This document shows positions 35,887 to 48,574 of a stretch of DNA of 64,000 nucleotides, one piece after another. Made by a program: the position numbers and the translations under genes. Each line of letters starts with the position of its first letter. Within the stretch, counting starts at the first letter, position 1. This DNA is from Octopus sinensis (Eukaryota): NCBI RefSeq assembly GCF_006345805.1, contig NC_042997.1:80786001-80850000 (forward strand), given 5' to 3'. The notes beneath the pieces were generated by a model. That model searched no databases, was not told the origin of the DNA, and worked only from the letters and a program-made list of their open reading frames with translations.

Positions 35887-37534
35887 CATACATACATATA
35901 TACATACATACATATATACATACATACATACATGTGCATGCATGCATACATATGAAGTATATGGAAAGGAAAAAATTGTAGGTGTAGACGATCTTTAGTT
36001 CATAATGTGGTCCTCACCTCTTTTTATATGTATATATGTATAGACAAACAGACAGATATGCTCATATGAGATCCATTATAATAAGGATAAAGAATATTAT
36101 TTTTAATTATTGGAGAATACTATTTAATATCATTTTAGATTATATATTTTCTCTGTGAAATATGCATTTTTCACTAAAGCAACTATTTTTGTTGTGTCTG
36201 GAGAGAGTCATTCTCTTCTAGTGCCTATTTTTGCTTTATGACTACAATTGTAATAATATTTTTTTGTGCTTACAATTTACATATATATTAATTCTGAAGA
36301 TTATCCTAAGATCAATGCTTAAAATCAAGCAGAAGGTTATTGAAAGATAAATGGCATTCCAAATGTAGAACATGTAGAAATTGATATTACTTTGGAATTA
36401 TATTTATTAAGCCATAAAATAGGGCAATAAATTGGGTTGTTTGTTTCACCTTTTGCAATCAGAGTTATATCACTATGGATGATCAGCCCTTTTGACCTTT
36501 TCATAGAAAATGTGTAGCTAAGTAAACTGAGGCAATGTAGAATGAAGTACCTTGCTTAAGATCACAATAAAAATACCTGTGGTGGATTTGCAATCTTAAT
36601 CTTTGTATTCATTTAACTGTTTTGTTTCAATGCTAGACCTGTAGAAATCTCATTTTATAAAGTAAAAGTTCAGTGTTTATCAAATACTGTTATGTCCTAA
36701 ATGTTTTGATAAAAATATATTGCATAAAATCAATAATTTATATTTCATTTCTAAGTCTTCAAACTCTTCAAAGTAGCAAATTTGATTTGGCAAACTAATA
36801 TATATTCTACAAGCAAGAGCTGCCAAGACAAAATGCCTAAATTGTACCAAATATCTTCGACTGCTTCCTACCATTTATCTGCATCAATAAATCACTTCCT
36901 GGACAGATTTTATTGTTTTTATTTAATATGAACAATAGAGTTTCTAATTTGCAAGTAACTAGATTGTATAAAAATTTTATTATGAACCATTGTTTTATTA
37001 CATTTTGTCTTTTTTTAGTACATTTTCTTTTTGTCTGATAAGCAGGTGTATTATATTTTTGATTCGGTATAACTATAGCTAAACAGCTTGCTGATATTTA
37101 GTACTTTTATGCCATCATAAACATGACCTCTTCACAAAATACTTGACATAATTTGGTCAATAATACTGCATGAAAAAGTCAAACTTAGTTATAAAATTAA
37201 ACAAGATACATTTAGTAATATTTTTATGAAAGCACCAACTGTTTCCACTTCCACTATTATTAATATATTTATGAATTTTTTTCCTCTTCTGGCATAACTA
37301 GAAGAACCTTCATCCCCAATCATAAGTTTACTATTTTTTAAAACATCAGTTCCAAAGTTCAAAAGGTTCAGAACTAGTAAAGCATCTTATTCAATGTGCC
37401 AACTTCTCAGCCCAAATCTACTCATCTTAAAAAACCTGAAAAAAGTGTTTTTACCTATTTCTCATAACTTATTTGAACCATATATAAATACAGTTTTTGT
37501 TTTGTATGTGTTTGAATGTTAAAGAGGGCTAACT

Positions 37535-37605
<71 letters not shown>

Positions 37606-37777
37606 GCATACATATATATATAAGTGTGTGTGTGTATATCATCATTAACACCACCTTCATTTAACACCTGTTTTCTATGCTGGCATTGGCTGGATGGTTG
37701 ACTGAAAACTGGTAAGCTGGAGAGCTGCAGTTAAGATAAGAAGCCATCAGAACAACTGCCTGGTACTGCATCAGGGC

Positions 37778-37849
<72 letters not shown>

Positions 37850-38139
37850 CATTGTTAGAGCTGAAAGCAAGCAATGATTATATATATATGTGTATATATA
37901 TATATGTATATATAAAATATTATTAGAGACAAAACCACTATTTTGCAAAACAAACAAGGAAAGACTTAATCAATACATAAAATTTTAATATATATATATA
38001 TAATATATATATATATATAATATATATATATATGTATTATATATATGTATATATGTATATATATATATATGTATATATGTATATATATATATGTATATAT
38101 GTATATATATATATGCATATATATATATGTATATATATG

Positions 38140-38174
<35 letters not shown>

Positions 38175-38202
38175 GTATATATATATATATTATATATATA
38201 TA

Positions 38203-38301
<99 letters not shown>

Positions 38302-38533
38302 TATATGTCCGTGTGTAGTATCCGTATCTTCGGGGAGGCTGATCTCCCTTTGCAGGCTGGCAAGGACACCGAGATGGTGTCAGCTCTTCTGGTGACGTTG
38401 ATGTTCGCCTGGGGCTAAATGCATCAGTAACACCCCCACCACCCCGCCCTGACCCTAGCCACATTCAGATGGCTGATCCCCCTTATGTTATAGAGCAGTT
38501 ACTGTCTATATCTCGCTCAGAGATTTATTATTG

Positions 38534-38616
<83 letters not shown>

Positions 38617-38754
38617 ATATGAGAGGTTTAGTATACAGCTGATCAAAAGGAATAGGTACGCTGAGTAAGTGCTATAATTGGTCATCCGTCAGGTTCCAAG
38701 TTCACAGCTGAGGCTGGTGCTAGGGATCCGTATTAGGCTTCCATTTTAGCAGGT

Positions 38755-38922
38755 ATACATTAGAGGAAAAGAACATCAAAAACCAAGGCAGGATGAGTAT
38801 CTCAAGTCATTTATAATAATTTAATTAGGGTAAGGTTAATGTTACCTTAATTAAATTATTATAAATGACTTGAGATACTTGTCCTGCTTTGGGTTTTTTT
38901 ATGTCCTTTTCCTCTAATGTAT
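38755..38922. repeat. 168-bp palindrome
   Basis: atacattagaggaaaag...gtatctcaagtcatttataataatttaatt / aattaaattattataaatgacttgagatac...cttttcctctaatgtat. Confidence 0.85.
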
Positions 38923-39419
38923 GTGTATGTGTGTGTGTGTGTATGTGATTGAGGGGGTGCTGAAAAGTTGAAAAGTTCCTGGCTTTGGGAAAAAGTAAAT
39001 ATAAGATATCAGTTAATTATGATCTAATTCAACATATTCCCATTTCAGAACTATACACTTATTACACGAAAAGAATTTTGAAGTTTAAGCCTCAAATGAG
39101 GCCTTTCATAGTTAAGGTGGTTCAGGTGTTGCACTGATGATTGCGAGATCGTGGGTTCAATTTCCAGACCGGGCACTACATTGTGTTCTTGAGCAAAGCA
39201 CTTCATTTCACATTGCTCTGCGATCATTTCGACATCTGACATGTGGCACCTGTTGCACCTGTACAGGTAATGTTGTTCTGATGGAGAGAATGAGCTTATG
39301 CCTACACAAACATTTGATCACTATAATCAAATCATCTGTATGGTTGTTTGGTAAGAAATTGTCGAACCTTCATACGTTGTCTAATGACGGGAAAGTTCAT
39401 CATATATATGTATATATAT

Positions 39420-39502
<83 letters not shown>

Positions 39503-41059
39503 TTAGTGGTTAGGGTGTTGCACAAATGATCTAGCAATTGTGATTTCAATTCTTAGATCAGATGGTTTGTTGTGTTCTTGAGAAAAACGCTATATTCTGT
39601 TGCACTTTGATCACTTTGACACCTCATATATGGTACACTGTGCACCTGTTCAGACAACATCAATTTGATGGAGAGAGTGAGCTAATGTGCACCATGGACA
39701 TTTAATCACTATAAACAGATTGTGCAGATAATTCAGCAAAAGCTGAACGCTCATATGTTGTCTTCGATGGAAGAGTCTATCATTATTATCATTACTCATT
39801 TTAGTGTTTTTCTTGACTACAATATCTAATGAGTTCTTGAAGATGGATGGATATGATTTGTAGGTTTGGTTACTACTGCTTGCAGATTGCATAATTTGAC
39901 AGGGATTCTCTCTCTGACTCTTCTTCTAATGATATGACTGAGCAAAATATAAATCTGGATAATCTTTCATTGTATTAAAAGAAAATAAGAGAACCCATAG
40001 CCTATATTATTGACTTTCTGTATTAACAGAGTTATCTGACTTATACACAGGAACTGATACTGTAAAATTTCTGATTTTCCAAATGGCATTACTGACATAA
40101 GCAGAGAAAAATAGCAACAACTGGAAATTAGATCTAGAACCTAGACAGGCCATTAAGAGCTTATCTCTACCCCACAATAAGATAGGGAAAGAGAAAGAGA
40201 GAGTGAGATGGTTTTTGCTTATATTGTACTAATGAAACATGAAAGTTCTCCATACAACCTGGTGTTGGAAGTAATGTAGTCTAATATATATTTATTTACA
40301 TGTAAGGGAAACAAAATTTCCATAACTAATCCAGACCAATATTTTGTTCAATTGTACACAGTGAATTTCATCTACTGTTATATAATAGGCTAATGAATGA
40401 AACATATCAATAAACACACATGTGTGCATATAAAAACTGCATTGACATAGACATTGAAAGAAAAAAACAGAAAACACTTGGTGCCAAACATTCTAAAGAC
40501 CTGTTGGACAAGAGTGAAGAGAACAGCAGCAGCTTGGTCTAACTGATAAAAGCTTCTGTCTTATACCTTTCACTGTGTGACGTACATAAGACATAATGTG
40601 GAAGGCCTTAAATCTAAGAATCTAAATAATATATGGTAATATATTACATTTACAAGTTCTTATCTTGGATAGAAAAAGAACAGGTGCTCCAACATGACTT
40701 GACACTTATGTGTGTGTGTATACATATACGATATATACATATATATATATGCCTTACTATAACAGGTGTTGTCTGTCTGTTTGTTCCCTCTTCACGGTCA
40801 AAAGGCTTGACTAATGGTCACAATGTTTTGCAGGATTATGAAGGAGGTAATCAGGAAGGTTTTTAGTGAAAAAATATAAAAAAGTATGATTATTTAGTAG
40901 ATATTGACTTTTGTATTAATAAATATCCTTTGATTTTTTTTTGTTAAAATTCCAGTGATGCGAATTAACTCTGGATTTCCTTCCGTATAGTTTGTAAATT
41001 TAGAGGTTTTAGATTTGCGATACTATCCCTTTATTTCCAATCATAGATGGGCATGTTTG

Positions 41060-41770
41060 CTATCTTACTATACTAGGTGTCGTGTCCGTCTCTCTGTCTC
41101 TTTGTTTGTTCTTTCTTCATGGCCAGATGACTGGACCAGTAGTTATGATATTTTTCAGGATTGCAAAGATGGTCATCAAGAAGGTTTTTAGCATTAAAAA
41201 ATCAGAAAGAATGATTATATATTGGACATTGATTTTTGAAATGATAAGCCAACTTTGCATTTTTACTAAAAAAATGCCGAGTAATTCAAGATTTTCATCA
41301 TATAGTTTGTGGCCCCATCGTAGATATGAAGGGGATTGTAATGATGGTTAATAGTAAAAATAGAATGGAAAATGTGTGTGCCAGTATATAATGTGTGTGA
41401 TCATTAAGTGGTTATTGAAGTGTGTCAGTCTCGGGCAGGATTTGAAACGGCTAATCGATGCAGCTGTTGCTTACATCTCAGTTTTGTCAATCAAAATAAC
41501 CCATTGTACCAGAACATCCAGACATTATTCGCATAAAACAATGAGAGGTAAGTCTTAGCTTGATTCTTTGCAACCCTAAAGATTCTGCTTGCACATTCAT
41601 AGCAAACAAGACACAGGGCCAGACTTTAGATCATGTTGGTGTATTTTTACCCACTCTGATGTTTACACATGGCCAGTTATACATCGCTATGAGTAGAGCA
41701 ATGGACACCAGTAATTTGAAAATTAGTGTTGACCAAACAGAAAATATTGTCTACAAACAAGTTTTGTAAT
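41060..41770 (+). pseudogene. Internally deleted Helitron: 5' end-like sequence plus helicase C-terminus (41590-41769); another 5'-like end at ~40750
   Basis: NKTQGQTLDHVGVFLPTLMFTHGQLYIAMSRA...TENIVYKQVL* matches Helitron/PIF1 NKSQGQT...HGQLYVA.SRV...NVVYKEVL. The element opens tcttactatactaggtgtcgtgtccgtc. Confidence 0.8.
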
Positions 41771-42129
41771 TATATTAATATTATCAAAAGGAATATGATT
41801 CATAACATAACTAAGAAAATTTGTGAACCTTGAATGTATAAGAGTATAAACAAGCATAAAATAGTGTAAACAACTAAAATAAAAGTATATCTAAATAACA
41901 TTTTTTTCTTAATTCTTTTTATGTAGTGGTCGAAAGAAGCTCTAGCTTTTGTTAGGAGTGGTCCACATAACCATTCATGATACAGAGGCTGGGAGCCTAT
42001 TTTGGTTCAGGAGTGAATCGTCATCACATTTCACTTAGTTGCAAACATGTCATATAGCTGCAATAGAATGCTGCATCACCAAGAATAATGTGATTTCTCT
42101 AGAGAACAGCAGTATGAAGATGTGTATGG

Positions 42130-42720
42130 ATGTTTTTCTCTCCCACCCTTTCCCTATTCTCTTCTTCCCTTCACCATTCCCTCTCTCTCACTCTTCCTCC
42201 TTGACTCTCTCATTGATCACACGTGACTAACAGCCATTCTCTCTTTCTTCCATTTCCTTCCTAAAGACAAGATGTGCTTTTATCTGTCTCTTCTCAAAGC
42301 TCGTTTTTCTAGCGTTCATAATCTTAACATTGTCTTGGCTTAACAGCCATCACCATTAGTTTTTACTGTTTTGTTCTCACTGTCCTGTTTTTGCTACCAC
42401 TTTCACCCTCTGCAAACAATCCCAAGTTTTATTTAATTTGCTTTGCGTGAAGGACTGTTTTAACAAAGTAATGTCTTGTCCTTACCTTTGAAATGTGGAG
42501 TAGATAAAACAGGGGACAACTGATGAAGGGAATGTTCTTTATGTTGCATGTCTTGTTTCTCTGTTTGTTTGTTTTTTTCATTGTTCAAAAAAAGTTTGTT
42601 TTCTATGTTTTTGTTTTTTTTTGTTCGCGTTTCTCATTCTGTCCACGTTTTTTTGATGTCCTGTACCCATATATGCATGTACATATACATATATATGCAG
42701 GTATGTACTTATATGTAAGT
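42130..42720 (+). mobile_element. Dispersed repeat, probably Penelope-related (second copy ~46320-46930)
   Basis: The two loci share ~550 bp, including gactgttttaacaaagtaa...gggacaactga(t/a)gaagg. Confidence 0.6.
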
Positions 42721-42733
42721 ATATATGCATATA

Positions 42734-43312
42734 TGTAAATGTAAAAAAATACAAACTGGGACAAGAATGTGAAACATTTAGAAGGCGATACAAAAAACAC
42801 GGACGGGACATTCGAAGCCTTCAATCTTCAGTCAATAACCGGATCATCTTCGCAATTTCGGCTGATTAATCTTGAGATTGCTCCGATCTGGCCAGCCCCA
42901 AAGGAAAATCTAAGCCAAGCGCATTAGATTCCTTGGAAGAAAGCCTCAAATGTATACAAAACAAGGACGGAAAAACGGAAAATGTTACATGAATAAAAAT
43001 ACAAAAATACGTAAAAACAATAATGATAGCATGAATAAGAATACAAAAATACGTAAAAACAATAATGATAATAATAATAACAAAAACAGGACGTCACAGA
43101 CAAGCGTTTTTTCGACAGGACGAGTAAATTTTTGAGCCGTCGTTAGAAGAAAGCCTTAGGGCTACAGAGAGACAAAAAAGTGTGTCTTGCCGCAACGGCT
43201 GCTGGACACGAAAGGCCAGCGATCGGTGGCTAGTCACGTGAGGGAAAGAGAGAGGAAAAGAGGGACAGATGAAGAGAGAAAGAAGGGGAACAAGGAACAA
43301 AGGAGGAGGAGA

Positions 43313-43343
<31 letters not shown>

Positions 43344-43790
43344 CAGATCAAGTGGAGTGCAAAGTGTGAAAGGCAGAGAAATGTAGGAGAGGAGGGAGAA
43401 AGACAGTGTTGTAGAGTCGTACCATGTGTTAAAGAATATATACTTATGTATAGGATCAAAAAGGGTACGTCGCCGCTATATATATATATATGTAAATGTA
43501 AAAAAATACAAACTGGGACAAGAATGTGAAACATTTAGAAGACGATACAAAAAACACGGACGGGACATTTGAAGCCTTCAATCTTCAGTCAAGAACTGGA
43601 TCATCTTCGCAATTTCGACTGATTAATCTTGAGATTGCTCTGATCTGGCCAGCCCTAAAGGAAAATCTAAGCCAAGTGCATTAGATTCCTTGGAAGAAAG
43701 CCTCGAATGTATACAAAACAAGGACGGAAAAAAGGACAATGTTACACGAATAAAAATACAAAAATACGTAAAAACAATAATGATATATTT
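42734..43790 (-). mobile_element. Element with ~290-bp terminal direct repeats (period 757 bp), pLTR-like
   Basis: tgtaaatgtaaaaaaatacaaactgggacaag...cacggacgggacatt.gaagccttcaatcttcagtc occurs at 42734 and 43491. Confidence 0.7.
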
Positions 43791-43829
43791 ATATATTATT
43801 TATATCATTATTATATATATATATTTATA

Positions 43830-44935
43830 TCATCATTATCATCATCATCATCATCGATTAATGTTCGTTTTCCATGCTGGCATGGGTTGGATGTTTTGAC
43901 TGAGGGCTGAACCAGGCTCCATTCTGGTCTGGCAGAGTTTCTACAGCTGGATGGCCTTCCTAACGCCAACCACTCTGAGAGTGTAGTGGGTGCTCTTTAT
44001 GTGCCACCGGCATAGTAGCCAGTAAGGCGGGCCTGGCAATGATCACGTTTGGACGGTGCTTTTTACATGCCACCGGCACAGGAACCAGTATGAGAGTACT
44101 GGCGTTGGTCACAATTGGTTGGTGCTTTTTATGTGCCACCAGCACCAGAGCCAGTAAGACAGGCTTGGCAGCGAACACGTTCAGATAGTGCTTTATAAGC
44201 ACCACCAGCACAGGAGCCAAACAGTGGGGTACTGATATCGGTCACAATTGGCTGTTGTTTTTTACGTGCCACTGGCTCAGTAACCAGTCAGGCAAACCTG
44301 GCTTTGACAACATTCAGAAGGTGCCTTTGACATGCCATTGGCACGGAAACCAGCCAGAGGACACCAGCTCCAGCTATGATATTGGTTTTACTTGACTCAA
44401 CAGGTCTTCTCAAGCATATGATATTGCCCAATGCATCAGGAGTATTTTTAGCAGGGCAGGATGTGATTGGCTGCCATTTCACTTCAGTTGCCGGGTCTTC
44501 TCAATCACAGCATATCTCCAAAGGGCCCACTCTCCTGTCATTGCCTCTGTGAGGTCCAATGTTCGAAGTTCATGCTTTACCACCTCATCCCATGTCTTCC
44601 TGGGTCTACCTCTTCTACAGGTTCCTTCTACAGTAGGGAGTGGCACTTCCTCACACAGTTATCTTCATTCATATGCAAAACATTGTCATACCAGCGCAGT
44701 CGTCTCTCTTGTACACCACATTTGATGCTTCTTATGCCCAACTTTTCTCTCAGGGTGCTTACACCCTGTCGTGTATGCACACTGACATTGCACATCCAGC
44801 GGATCATACTAGCTTCATTTCTTTCTAGCCTACACATGTCATCAGCAGGCACAGCTCATGTTTCACTACCATGAAGAATGGAAGTTCACACACATGCATC
44901 ATACAATCTACCTTTCATTCTGTGCAAGAGGCCCT
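43830..44935 (-). mobile_element. 5'-truncated RTE LINE: ORF C-terminus (44479-44935) contiguous with the VNTR 3'UTR and (GAT)n tail
   Basis: KGRLYDACV..LHGSET, MIRWMCNVSV, LREKLGIRSI, RRLRWY and RGRPRKTWDEVV, running into the tail family seen throughout the window. Confidence 0.9.
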
Positions 44936-45003
44936 TTATATTGATATATATATATATATATATGTATAGGGAGAATTCACAAAAAAAAGCAAAAGACAAA
45001 GAC

Positions 45004-45231
45004 AGGTAGTGTAGACAACAAACAGATGTATAAGTATAACGCTTGGGAAGTGAAAAAGTCTTTTACGTTTCGAGCTTATGCTCTTCCACAGAAAGAAACA
45101 AAGAGAGAAAATAAAGAAGGTAGTGTAGACAACAAACAGATGTATAAGTATAACGCTTGGGAAGTGAAAAAGTCTTTTACGTTTCGAGCTTATGCTCTTC
45201 CACAGAAAGAAACAAAGAGAGAAAATAAAGA
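45004..45231 (-). ncRNA. Perfect 114-bp tandem duplication, each unit carrying a variant minimal hammerhead (45059-45096 and 45173-45210)
   Basis: Minus strand: tcttt CTGTGGA a GAGC-ATAA-GCTC GAAAC GTA aaaga. Confidence 0.7.
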
Positions 45232-45798
45232 TATATATATATATATTCTCATTCTGAGAATAAGAGAAGGAAAAAAGATTTAGGTACAAACAGTATAATA
45301 CATAAACCCATATATTCACACATGAGACACACATACACATACTTAAGATGGAATGAAAAAATAAAGAGATAAATAAGTATATAAACGAATAAAACAGAAA
45401 AACTAAATAAAAAATAGAAATACAAACAGTGTAGTAGGCAAACCGATATGCATATACACAAAGCACATATACTAAACACATAGACACACACACACATGCA
45501 CATGTACAGATGCTAATACATGCACAGATCAGGATACACACCACAGAAAGACAGAGTGAACTAAACAGAACAGGAGAAGATACATGTGATAGAGAGTCAC
45601 TGAAGAGGTAACAGGATGTGTGACAAAACATTTCAGACAAAAGACACTAAAATATGACTAATGATAAAGATGAAATCAAAAACAAGTATATAGTGCATGT
45701 GGTTATTTGGCAAAAAGGAAAAAATGACTATCCCCAAATATAACAATATATTTCAACACATGATTTCACATCAGGAACCTTGCAAAACAAATACATAA

Positions 45799-45862
<64 letters not shown>

Positions 45863-45930
45863 TTAAAAAAAGATAAGAAAATGGAGATAAGGAAGCTAAT
45901 AATTGTTTATTAACAAATTGGTCATTTTCA

Positions 45931-46023
45931 CTTCTTACAGCCGTTTCAGTTAATACTCAATAATTTAATTACAAATTTGTACATTTACATTTATGCGACA
46001 TGAGTATAATTTCATCAGAGAAA
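45931..46023 (-). ncRNA. Type I hammerhead ribozyme, intact core, with an extended stem II
   Basis: tttct CTGATGA aattatactca-[~41 nt]-tgagtattaact GAAAC GGCT GTA agaag. Confidence 0.7.
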
Positions 46024-46988
46024 AAGAAAGTGTGACTTTGGATGTTATATGTAGAGCTATGAATTCATTTCAGCAAACTAAATGTTATGGTTTATGATTT
46101 GCATTATTATATGCTTGGGGGAATGGTTTGCAGGTTGATTACAATATGACTAGGGATAAAGTAAAGTAAATAAATTGAACTAGAACAATAAATAAAGTAA
46201 ATAGAGATGATTGAGGAAGATAAATATAAATAAGGTAAATTTATATTTCATAAAAGAATGAAATATTCATTTATAAGGTATAAGAAAAATTATAGAAATT
46301 TTATCTTAATAATTATGATGCGCACTCTTCTACCTTTACTATCTCTTCTCTGTCTATCTCTCTCCCTCTCTTGTTCTTCATCCTTTCTGGTTTTCTCTCC
46401 CACCCTTCCCTATTCTTCTCCTCTCCTCTTCACCATTCCCTCTCTCTCATTCTTCCTCCTCGACTCTCTCATCACTGACATGTGACAAAAGACAATCTGT
46501 CTTTCTGCCCACAACCTTGATAAAGAAAAAACGTGCTTATACTGTCTCCTTCATAAGCTCGCCCTCCTAGCATTCAAAAATATTAACAGCCCTCACCATA
46601 TGTTTTTACTATTTTGTTCTCACTGTCCTGTTCTTGTTACCACTTTCACCCTCCACAAAAAATTCCAAAATTTATTTAATTTGCTTTGCAGGAAGGACTG
46701 TTTTAACAAAGTAACATCTTGTCCTTGCCTTAAAAATGTGGAGTAGTTGAAACAGGGACAACTGAAGAAGGGGAATATTCTTTATGTTGCATGTCTCGTT
46801 TCTCTCTTTGTTTTTTCTGTTGTTCGAAAAAATGTTCTTTCTATGTTTTTGTTTTTATGTTTGCATTTCTCATTGTGTTCAACGTTTTTATGATGTCCTG
46901 TACCCATACATGCATGTATATATACATATATATGTAGATATGTACATATATGTATGTATATATGCATATATTTATATATTATTTATAC

Positions 46989-47019
<31 letters not shown>

Positions 47020-47391
47020 TACATATGCTCACATACACACAGAGATACATGCACATACATGCATGCGCATACATATATATATGCATTCTTCGTACCCATC
47101 ACCCCCCAAAAAAGAAATTACAATAGATACATATTATATGTGCGTGTGTGTACGAGTGTGCATACATATTTATGCATGGATGTGTATGTATATGCGTGTA
47201 TCTGTGTGTGCATGTGAGCATATGTATGTATCATCGTCGTTTAACGTCCGTTCTCCATGCTAGCATGGGTTGGACGGTTCGACCGGGGTTCTGGGAAGCC
47301 AGAAGGCTGCACCAGGCTCCAGTCTAATCTGGCAATGTTTCTACAGCTGGATGCCCTTCCTAACGCCAAAACGTATGTGTGTATATATATG

Positions 47392-47456
<65 letters not shown>

Positions 47457-47790
47457 ATATATATATGCACATATATATAAATTTTTATAATTTACTTATA
47501 CCTTATAAATGAATATTTCATTCTTTTATTAACTATAAGTTTATCTTATTTATATTTATCTTTTCTCAATCATCTCTATTCATTTTATATATTCTTCTAG
47601 TTCTATTTATTTTCTTTACTTTATCCCTAACCATATTCTAATCAACCTGTAAACCCTTCACCTGAGCATATAATAATACAAATCATAAATCGTAACATTT
47701 AATCTGCTGAAATAAATTGATAGGTCCACAGTTACATCTTTTTTTCTCTGATGATGCCACATAAATGTAAATTTGCTGTACAAATTTTCT
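45975..47790. repeat. ~320-bp inverted repeat pair (~45975-46300 vs ~47480-47790) from the same Penelope-like family
   Basis: For example, gaatgaaatattcatttataaggtataag vs cttataccttataaatgaatatttcattc. The right copy keeps tttctCTGATGA but has lost GAAAC. Confidence 0.75.
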
Positions 47791-48317
47791 CCACTTTCTT
47801 TCTTCTTTGAAATGGATATAAACTATATGCTTAATGTATACCTATTGTTTTAAGGGAATTTCATTCCCCCCAAATATTAGGTATTGAACCAATATTTCCT
47901 TGGATGCAACCATCCCTTCAAGAGGTTAACATATCCTTTAAATATATATACATAGAGAGAGGGAGAGAGAGAGGGGGGGATGGAGAGGGAAAGAGAGAAA
48001 GAGAGATAATAGTATATGGAACAGATTCTTTTTTCAAATCCTAATACCACAATCCTACTATGCCAATTGATTATTATTCAATTTATGCAAAATTATAATC
48101 TTTTTAAAATCAAATTTATCTCACCAAATTTTTCTGAAAGCAGATTTAGAAATTACTGACAAACACATCTACAGGTGCATAGTTCCCATAATGTTGCATT
48201 ATTTTTCTATTGTAGGAAAGTGAAAGTAAATTGTGTTTCATTCTTAGGGCTATTTCCAGGATCATCATCATTATTGTTGCTGTTGTTGTTATTGTTATTG
48301 GTGGTGGTGGTGGTGGT

Positions 48318-48534
48318 GGTGAGCTGGCAGAATTCTTAACATGCCAGGCAGAATGTTTAGTGGCATTTTGTTTGTCTTTATGTTCTAGGTTTGAATTCCA
48401 CTAAGGTCACCTTTTCCTTTTATCCTTTCTGGATTGATAAGATAATTACTAGTTGAGTACCAGTTGAGTACCAGTTGAGCACTGGGGTCAATGTAATCAA
48501 TTTTCCCTCTCCCCAGAAATTGCTGGCCTTGGGC

Positions 48535-48535
<1 letters not shown>
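48318..48535 (+). mobile_element. Old SINE with an (ATT)n tail
   Basis: ggtgagctggcagaat...ggtttgaattccac...gttgagcactggggtcaatgtaatc, followed by (TAT)n. Confidence 0.6.

Positions 48536-48574
<39 letters not shown>

Noticed and set aside
22420-38464. Long ORFs of [12 protein letters not shown] type in the ORF track (e.g. 24960-25466, 30517-30938, 35467-35998, 37985-38464)
   Set aside because: They are translations of (TA)n, (TG)n and (CATA)n microsatellites, which lack stop codons by composition.
8201-41770. One giant shattered Helitron (collinear plus-strand fragments at 8.2, 13.5 and 41.6 kb)
   Set aside because: The 41.6-kb piece has its own 5'-like end at ~41060, and 28 kb separates motifs that are normally ~300 bp apart. 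Independent insertions are more parsimonious.
42500-42870. Hammerheads at CTGATGAAGGG (~42519), CTGAAGAAGGGG (~46762) and minus-strand CTGAAGATTG (~42830)
   Set aside because: There is no correctly placed GAAAC, stem III and UH triplet with a stem I pairing; at best these are remnants.
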